Shown here piece by piece: positions 57,893-64,000 of a stretch of 64,000 bases of DNA. The stretch spans positions 62,001 to 126,000 of the IMG/VR virus record IMGVR_UViG_3300048924_000100; one strand, 5' to 3'. Below the pieces are notes generated by a model, which searched no databases, was not told where the DNA came from, and worked only from the letters and a program-made list of their open reading frames with translations. The position numbers were made by a program, and so were the translations under genes. Positions within the stretch are counted from its first letter, which is position 1, and each line of letters opens with the position of its first letter.

Positions 57893-60169
57893 GTGAGTAA
57901 GAAAGAGATAGATTCTCCTGTCGTGGTACCTGAGGTAGGATTGGGAAGATTCAAGAAATGGGCCTACCTCGGCGAAAACCAACTGCACCCAGCGGTAATG
58001 GGTGTTTGTGCAAACTTGGTTGTGTTCCCATGGGTATCGTCACCTACCCGTATTTACATGGTGGGCAACATGATCCCGAAGTCGGTTGTTACTTCGGGTG
58101 CCAGTGAGCGCAAACTCAAAACCGGTAACGAATACCAGTACGCCGAAACAACTCGCTGCATCAAAGCACCATCGAACATGATCATCGAGGAAATCTTCTA
58201 CGCTCAGTCCATCAGTGGCGGGGAAGGTGACACCGATAAATGGGCTCCGGTGTATGTGGTGTTCCGTAACGAGGAAAAGGGCAAGTACGATATCCTGGAA
58301 TTCCCACGGTATAACGTACAGAACTCTTACGTCGGGTTCGAATATGTCTACGACATGAACGTCATGCGCAAACTGCGTAAAGGCGCTGTGTTCGCTAAAG
58401 GTACCATCTTCGCCAAGTCACCTCGCGTCAGTAAAGATGGCGAGTGGATGTTCGGTATGGACCTCAAGGTTGCGCCAGCTTCCTTCCACTATACCGAGGA
58501 GGACGGCATCGGCATCACTGAGACCTGTGCGCGTGAGAAACTGCGTTGCATGTTTGAACATGTGCGTGCTCACGGTTGGAACGAAGACGAGTGGATCCCT
58601 CTGACACTGTACGGAGAGAACCCATTCCCACAGAGTGGCGAACGTATTCGTGAAGACGGTATCGTCATGGGTTTCCGTCGTCGTATCTCTGCTAACGCTC
58701 TGGTGTCGTTGACCAAGAAAGCTTTGACCATCCCTGATGAAACACACGACATCCTGTTCAGGGCGCCGGTGGATTCTGAAGTGATGTCTGTTGAAGTCAT
58801 TTCTGAACGCATGAAGAACAAGGCGAACAACCGTTCGACTGATTACATCAAACAGGCCCACACCAATATGCTGGAGCGTTATGAACGCCGCCAGAATGAC
58901 ATGTGGAACGAGGTGATCCGTTGGCACAGTGGTCGCGTAGCGGCTAACCGTGGTAACGACATTGCCATGACCCGTCCTCTGAATCGGTTCATCCGCTTCG
59001 CTAAGGGCAACTTCACGATCAACCCTAACACCGGTAAGCCTAACCCGCTGTTCCGTGCAGTCAAGCGCGTACGCGTTAAAGACTGGAGTGTTACCATCCG
59101 CCTGCGTGAGATCGTTTCTGGTCGTGCCAAGTTCAAGATGTCCGGCATGAACGGGGACAAAGGTGTAATCGTTCGGATTATTCCAGACGAAGATGCACCG
59201 CGTTATGATGACGGTACTGTGTGTGACGTGGTTGTTAACAACACACCAGCCTTCCGTCGTCAGATCTTCTCGATGCTGATGGAACAGTCGATCAACTTCA
59301 TTAACATTAATATCCACAAAGAAGTGGTGCAATGTCATAAAGAAGGCGACTACGTAACAGCAATGGAAAAGCTGATGCTGTTCTACGAGACTGGGTTCCC
59401 AGAGTTCGCAGAGCTGGTACAGCAGACCATGGTGACCCGCGAGGACATCGTCGAGTACGTCAACGAGATCGTGGCTACTCAGATCAGTGTGCATGTGCGC
59501 AGCGACACCAAGCTGTATGGCGTTGAGATTATCAAAGCCTTGCGTAAGGTCTACAGCTACAAGCCAGAGCACATCACCTTCCGGGATTCCCTCGGTGAGA
59601 TGGTGCGGTCGGTTAACCCGGTACTGATCACCCACCAGCACTTCATGCTGTTGGACAAGTTCGGTACTGACATGTCGGCTCAGTCGCTGCCAATGTCTAA
59701 CCCGTTCGGTATGCCAGCCAAACTTAACGAAGCCAACAAGTACTCCAGTTGGTTGCGGATGGTCTGGAACCGTAACAAGGGTGAAACGGAAGCACGTCTG
59801 TCACTCAGTCAGACTGGGGCAAAGGAAACGGTCAAGCAATTGGCCATGGGTTACGCTCCTGAACTCCGTACGCGGATGGCACAGCGTATTGTTCGGGCTG
59901 ACGATGGGTTTAACATCAACCAGATCATCAAGCCTGAAGAGTATGGGTTGAACCGGGCAGTGCAAATGTCGCAGAGCATGCTCAGTGACTCCGGTTATAC
60001 CTTGCGTCGTGAACTGCCAACGGATCGTTCTGATTATGAGGCGCCTGACGTAATGATCCCGCGTGAACGTATGGACGAACCTTTGGCGGGTGGCAAGACT
60101 GTTAACCCAGCCGGGCTCCGAGCAGATGATGAGTTCGAGAAAGAGTTTTTGCATAAGGAGATTGTGTAA
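57893..60169 (+). CDS. Non-virion RNAP beta C-terminal subunit (gp71-73-like)
   Basis: EEDG, KMSGMNGDKGVI, CDVVVN..AFRR and GETE motifs. Confidence 0.9.
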   Translation: MSKKEIDSPVVVPEVGLGRFKKWAYLGENQLHPAVMGVCANLVVFPWVSSPTRIYMVGNMIPKSVVTSGASERKLKTGNEYQYAETTRCIKAPSNMIIEEIFYAQSISGGEGDTDKWAPVYVVFRNEEKGKYDILEFPRYNVQNSYVGFEYVYDMNVMRKLRKGAVFAKGTIFAKSPRVSKDGEWMFGMDLKVAPASFHYTEEDGIGITETCAREKLRCMFEHVRAHGWNEDEWIPLTLYGENPFPQSGERIREDGIVMGFRRRISANALVSLTKKALTIPDETHDILFRAPVDSEVMSVEVISERMKNKANNRSTDYIKQAHTNMLERYERRQNDMWNEVIRWHSGRVAANRGNDIAMTRPLNRFIRFAKGNFTINPNTGKPNPLFRAVKRVRVKDWSVTIRLREIVSGRAKFKMSGMNGDKGVIVRIIPDEDAPRYDDGTVCDVVVNNTPAFRRQIFSMLMEQSINFININIHKEVVQCHKEGDYVTAMEKLMLFYETGFPEFAELVQQTMVTREDIVEYVNEIVATQISVHVRSDTKLYGVEIIKALRKVYSYKPEHITFRDSLGEMVRSVNPVLITHQHFMLLDKFGTDMSAQSLPMSNPFGMPAKLNEANKYSSWLRMVWNRNKGETEARLSLSQTGAKETVKQLAMGYAPELRTRMAQRIVRADDGFNINQIIKPEEYGLNRAVQMSQSMLSDSGYTLRRELPTDRSDYEAPDVMIPRERMDEPLAGGKTVNPAGLRADDEFEKEFLHKEIV

Positions 60170-62163
60170 TGGCCTTGCAAATTAGTCTACGGGAGTTTGC
60201 CAACCTGCCTGAACACCAGGTACTGCGTTGGCGCGGTTTCCGTATGGCCGTTGAGGTCACGGACGACCACGGTGAGAAAGTAAAGAGTGACACCTATGCC
60301 ATGCTGTTGACTTGGCAAGGTATGATGATCCACCGAGCTTACAACGATGTACCGTACTCGGTGAAAGAGATCATCCCCACCGGCAAGAGCGTCGTGTATA
60401 ACAACAAGACGCTCGCCATTCCAATGAACTGGATCATGGGAGAGATTGGTCCTAACATCCACGATCCAGTGGCGTGGGATGCAATCAAGATGACCATTCA
60501 CATGTGGCAGACCAAGTTGAATAACTTGATCGTAGTCATGAGTGAGACGTCGGTCATCTCTGCCATGGCGGAGTCGGTAGACGACCTGATTGAAGATCCG
60601 GGTATCCGCGAGATCCATCGCAAGGTACTGGATAAGGAAGTCACGATCGACGAAGGTGAGGACTTGTTCTCGGACTACCTCAAGACGTCTGAGACGTTGG
60701 ATTACAACACGGTAGCTCTGTTGGCACGTACTGGTGGCGTGAGTATCAACCAGGCTTATCAGACGGCGATCATTCGAGGGGCAGTATTCGACCTCGATAA
60801 CACCATTATGCCAAACGCTGTAATGGCGCGCTACGCTGATGGTGTAACCAACTTGGCAGATGCCATTGGCGATAACCGTGGTGCAGGTAAGGCACTGAAC
60901 AGTAACGGCCGTGCACTGAAAGACTCGGAATGGTTTCACCGGAAGATTCACTTGTTCACGGCGATCATCCATTCCATCAATCACATGCACGACTGTGGCT
61001 CGCTTGACACCGTGCCTGCGCGCATTGCGTCGACTGAGATGGCCAAGAGCCTGCTCGGCAAGTATCGCGTCCTAGACGACGGTACAGTTGATCTGATCAG
61101 CGTTAGAAACGTTAAGACGATCAAAGCCGGCGATCTGGTTAACCTACGCAGTGTGGCGTTCTGTAACAGTCCTCTGGGTACTCCGTGTGGCGTTTGTTAC
61201 GGATCGATGAAGTCTGCGATCCCGTACAACCGGATGATGAAGAAAGATGCAAACGTTGGTATGTTTGCTGGCACCACGATCTGTAACCCATTGGGTCAGA
61301 AAATGTTGTCAACCAAACACTTCATCCGAAACGCTACCAGTAAGAAGTTCGTACCACACCACCGCGACAAGGAGATCATCAATTCCAACGGTGACCAGAT
61401 CTTCCTTGACAAAGATCTGTGTAAGGAGGGCACGCGACTGATTCTCCGGTCAACCATTGTGAAAGATTTGTCTGACTTGCGTTCCTTGGACATCATGGAC
61501 GAGATCGCGCTCAGCAAGTTGCCTTACTTTGGTGAAGTGACCTTCCAGTATGAGGTGGAAGACATTATGGTGGGCGGTACCACCACGCAGCAACACCCCG
61601 CACAGACCTCGGTATCTTCTCGCCGTGCCCGCTTTTCTATGGGATTTCTCCAGTATATACTGGACCATGGCTGGACCATGCAGGACAAGAAGTTCATCTC
61701 AGTGGACCTCTCCAAGTGGAACAGCAAAGACCCGATGTTCGTGTTGCCCTATGTTCGTGAGGACTTGGACGCACACCGTGCTCGGGTGGAAAACTTCCTT
61801 ACGTTCAACAAACGTAATGCGGCGTGGAAGAAACAGGTCGTTACTCCTAAAGTCTTCGGCGAAGTACTTGCGGAGTTCTGGACGTTGATCGATGCTGAAA
61901 CTAAAGGCATCAACATGATTTACGTCGAGGTCATTCTGGCCTGTGCACTGACCAAGAATCCAGCAGGGCATTCGTACAAGCTGGCAACGGGTCCTGGTGA
62001 GAAATACTTCACCAGCTTTGTAACTTGCGTGGACAACCGTGGTTCGGGAACAACGGCAATCTTTGAACGCCAGCAGAACATCCTGAACCTTCCGAAAACC
62101 TTCGCGGTTAAAGACCGTCAATCAAGTGTACTGGAATGTTTCCTCCAGCATGCGGTGTCATAA
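60169..62163 (+). CDS. Non-virion RNAP beta' C-terminal subunit (gp74-like)
   Basis: Bridge-helix-like DSEWFHRK, HDCGS, RSVAFC..CGVCYG and GQKMLSTKH. Confidence 0.9.
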   Translation: MALQISLREFANLPEHQVLRWRGFRMAVEVTDDHGEKVKSDTYAMLLTWQGMMIHRAYNDVPYSVKEIIPTGKSVVYNNKTLAIPMNWIMGEIGPNIHDPVAWDAIKMTIHMWQTKLNNLIVVMSETSVISAMAESVDDLIEDPGIREIHRKVLDKEVTIDEGEDLFSDYLKTSETLDYNTVALLARTGGVSINQAYQTAIIRGAVFDLDNTIMPNAVMARYADGVTNLADAIGDNRGAGKALNSNGRALKDSEWFHRKIHLFTAIIHSINHMHDCGSLDTVPARIASTEMAKSLLGKYRVLDDGTVDLISVRNVKTIKAGDLVNLRSVAFCNSPLGTPCGVCYGSMKSAIPYNRMMKKDANVGMFAGTTICNPLGQKMLSTKHFIRNATSKKFVPHHRDKEIINSNGDQIFLDKDLCKEGTRLILRSTIVKDLSDLRSLDIMDEIALSKLPYFGEVTFQYEVEDIMVGGTTTQQHPAQTSVSSRRARFSMGFLQYILDHGWTMQDKKFISVDLSKWNSKDPMFVLPYVREDLDAHRARVENFLTFNKRNAAWKKQVVTPKVFGEVLAEFWTLIDAETKGINMIYVEVILACALTKNPAGHSYKLATGPGEKYFTSFVTCVDNRGSGTTAIFERQQNILNLPKTFAVKDRQSSVLECFLQHAVS

Positions 62164-62223
62164 CTCGAAGTCCTCCTTAGGGGGGACTTCGGTCCCCCTT
62201 TAATGTTTTTGAGGCTTTTTGGT

Positions 62224-64000
62224 ATGAGGCATTCCGCCACTTTATCCTCAGGTCACACCTACCTGCGTATCTTTGGGTATTACGGCGATTTCTGTGCAAA
62301 GGTTATTATTCCTTTCTGCCGTGCTCATTTGTACAAGACTGGTAAGGTTCCATTGCCGGGCACCAATAAACAGGTGTGGAAAGTGACTCACGTGTTCGCT
62401 CAGTCTAACCACGACAAAACTGAGTACCGAATTCCTGTTAGTTTAATGAAAGAGTTCCTGGAGTTTGCACAGTACCGGGGCTACAATACTGCTCGTATTG
62501 CTATTGAAACAGAACCTGAGATCGAAGGCGTAGACTGCGAGTTCGAGTTACGTCCCGAAATGTCCACACCTCTGGCTGAACAAGAGGAATGGATTGAGTA
62601 CCAGTTAGCAGAAGGTGCGATCAAGATCAACAACGCCCCTACAGGCGGTGGTAAGGCTCTGGCTAACGATACACCGGTTAGAACTGTACACGGCTGGCGC
62701 CCTATTGGTCAGATCAAGGTTAACGATCTGGTCATGGCTCCTGACGGCTCCCACACGTACGTTACAGGCGTTTTCCCACAAGGCAAGACCAAGACCTTCC
62801 GTCTGACGTTTGAAGACGGCAGGAACGTTGTAGCGTGCCCTGAGCATCAATGGGAAGTGCGTGCTGAAGGCGAGACCGAATGGCAGGTATTGACAACACA
62901 GCAGTTAGTGGACAGTCAGAAGAATTGGCAGATTCCGCTGACCGCCAGTGAACGCAATGTCGATCGTGGTGATATCATCGATTCTTACTTAATCGGTAAG
63001 ACAGATCGTATCCTGGGTGAGAAGTATCTAGAAGGTTCCCATTCACAACGGATGGGGTTAATACGCGGCTTACTGGATAACACCGGTGAACCACAGCCTG
63101 ATGGATCGATCATCTTCCGGACTGAATACGGTATAACAGCCAAGATGGTTCGTGATCTGGTCCGCAGTATCGGTGGTATCGCCAAGGCAAAGTTTGAAAA
63201 CTTCAACAACGTGGTCTGGATTAAACACCGAACTCCAGAGATCCTGTTTACTGATGAGGACAAGGTAGACAAGCTGTGTGGGAGTGAGAACCGTGACCTG
63301 GGACTGAAGATCTCGGCTATTGTACCTGCCCTGCCCACACATACCACTTGCATCGCTGTAGAACACCCGTCACACTGTTTTGTGATCAAGGACTACCTGG
63401 TCACCCACAACACCTACATGAGCCTCTATACTGCCGTTAAGCTCGGTAAGCGGATCCTCATTACAGTGCAGCCACGTTACATCACCACCTGGATCAACGA
63501 CATCGAGAAAACGTTGATCGTCAAACCAGGCGATATCGTGGTGTGGGAGAACACGTCATTGCCATTACTGGGAGAGAACATCGAGAAGGGACTCATTAAT
63601 CCCAAGATCGTTATCGTTCCGTTCTCCCGGATCTCGGGGTACTTGCGCAATAGTCGTAAGGATCCAACCGCAGTACCGCTTGGCAAGATCTTTGAACAGA
63701 TCAACCCGGGTCTCCGTATTGTGGACGAGGGACATGAATCGTTCCACGAGATCTGTCTGTCACTGTTCCATGGCAACGTTAAGAAGTTGATTACCAACTC
63801 GGCTACATTGAGTGGTGATGATCCATTCATGAACCGGATGTACAACTTGATGCTGCCAATCAGTCTCAGGCTTAAAGAACCTGATCCTGAGAACTACATT
63901 GACATTGTCGCTTACATGTATCACTTGTGTCAGCGCAAGTTCTTCTTGAAGACAATGCAGTTCGGCAGCTACAACGACATGGCGTTGGAGGCGTCCATTC
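62224..64000 (+). CDS. SF2 (DExH) helicase, gp75-like, with intein; 3'-truncated and absent from the ORF track
   Basis: Hand translation from ATG 62224: Walker A APTGGGK|T split by an intein, then IVDEGHE and SAT motifs. The frame is open to the end of the window. Confidence 0.88.
   Translation, partial: MRHSATLSSGHTYLRIFGYYGDFCAKVIIPFCRAHLYKTGKVPLPGTNKQVWKVTHVFAQSNHDKTEYRIPVSLMKEFLEFAQYRGYNTARIAIETEPEIEGVDCEFELRPEMSTPLAEQEEWIEYQLAEGAIKINNAPTGGGKALANDTPVRTVHGWRPIGQIKVNDLVMAPDGSHTYVTGVFPQGKTKTFRLTFEDGRNVVACPEHQWEVRAEGETEWQVLTTQQLVDSQKNWQIPLTASERNVDRGDIIDSYLIGKTDRILGEKYLEGSHSQRMGLIRGLLDNTGEPQPDGSIIFRTEYGITAKMVRDLVRSIGGIAKAKFENFNNVVWIKHRTPEILFTDEDKVDKLCGSENRDLGLKISAIVPALPTHTTCIAVEHPSHCFVIKDYLVTHNTYMSLYTAVKLGKRILITVQPRYITTWINDIEKTLIVKPGDIVVWENTSLPLLGENIEKGLINPKIVIVPFSRISGYLRNSRKDPTAVPLGKIFEQINPGLRIVDEGHESFHEICLSLFHGNVKKLITNSATLSGDDPFMNRMYNLMLPISLRLKEPDPENYIDIVAYMYHLCQRKFFLKTMQFGSYNDMALEASI
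62656..63411 (+). mobile_element. Class 3 intein (252 aa) in the helicase P-loop
   Basis: Starts ALANDTPV; block B CPEHQW; block F TTCIAV; ends LVTHN followed by Thr+1; a partial LAGLIDADG (RGLLDNTG) remains. Confidence 0.9.

Noticed and set aside
35623-62163. Phage nucleus system (ChmA, PhuZ, PicA, nvRNAP) as a novel system
   Set aside because: Striking, but already described for phiKZ-like phages; reported as features only.
1-64000. tRNA, rRNA or group I intron
   Set aside because: No cloverleaf/T-loop pattern or interrupted core gene was seen by eye; a tRNAscan/Infernal run would be needed to exclude them fully.

Overview
The whole window is a segment of a phiKZ-like (Chimalliviridae, nucleus-forming) jumbo phage genome, most likely one infecting Pseudomonas. 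From left to right it holds: a 5'-truncated virion RNA polymerase beta subunit; a modular endolysin; head genes including the prohead protease; an accessory block (NUDIX, PP-loop/QueC-like protein, thymidylate kinase); tail tube, sheath and further virion genes; an intein-containing large terminase; a PL7 alginate-lyase-like gene; and an AT-rich divergent intergenic region that may be an origin. It continues with two tandem HslV/proteasome-beta-like genes, the PhuZ tubulin, a B-family DNA polymerase, the nuclear shell protein chimallin (ChmA) and the conserved non-virion RNAP block (beta'N, SbcD-like nuclease, ChmC-like, gp68 sigma-like, PicA/Imp1-like, betaC, beta'C). It ends inside an intein-containing SF2 helicase that the ORF track missed. 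phiKZ orthologue numbers are assigned from motifs plus recalled gene order, not from a database search. The most novel-looking items are: (1) an active plus degenerate proteasome-like subunit pair under an early promoter; (2) two structured non-coding regions starting with the same 21-nt late-promoter-like motif, upstream of phuZ and chmA; (3) two class 3 inteins in P-loops, one starting with Tyr; (4) a candidate replication origin; (5) a candidate two-domain anti-immune-signalling protein; (6) an orphan QueC-like enzyme.
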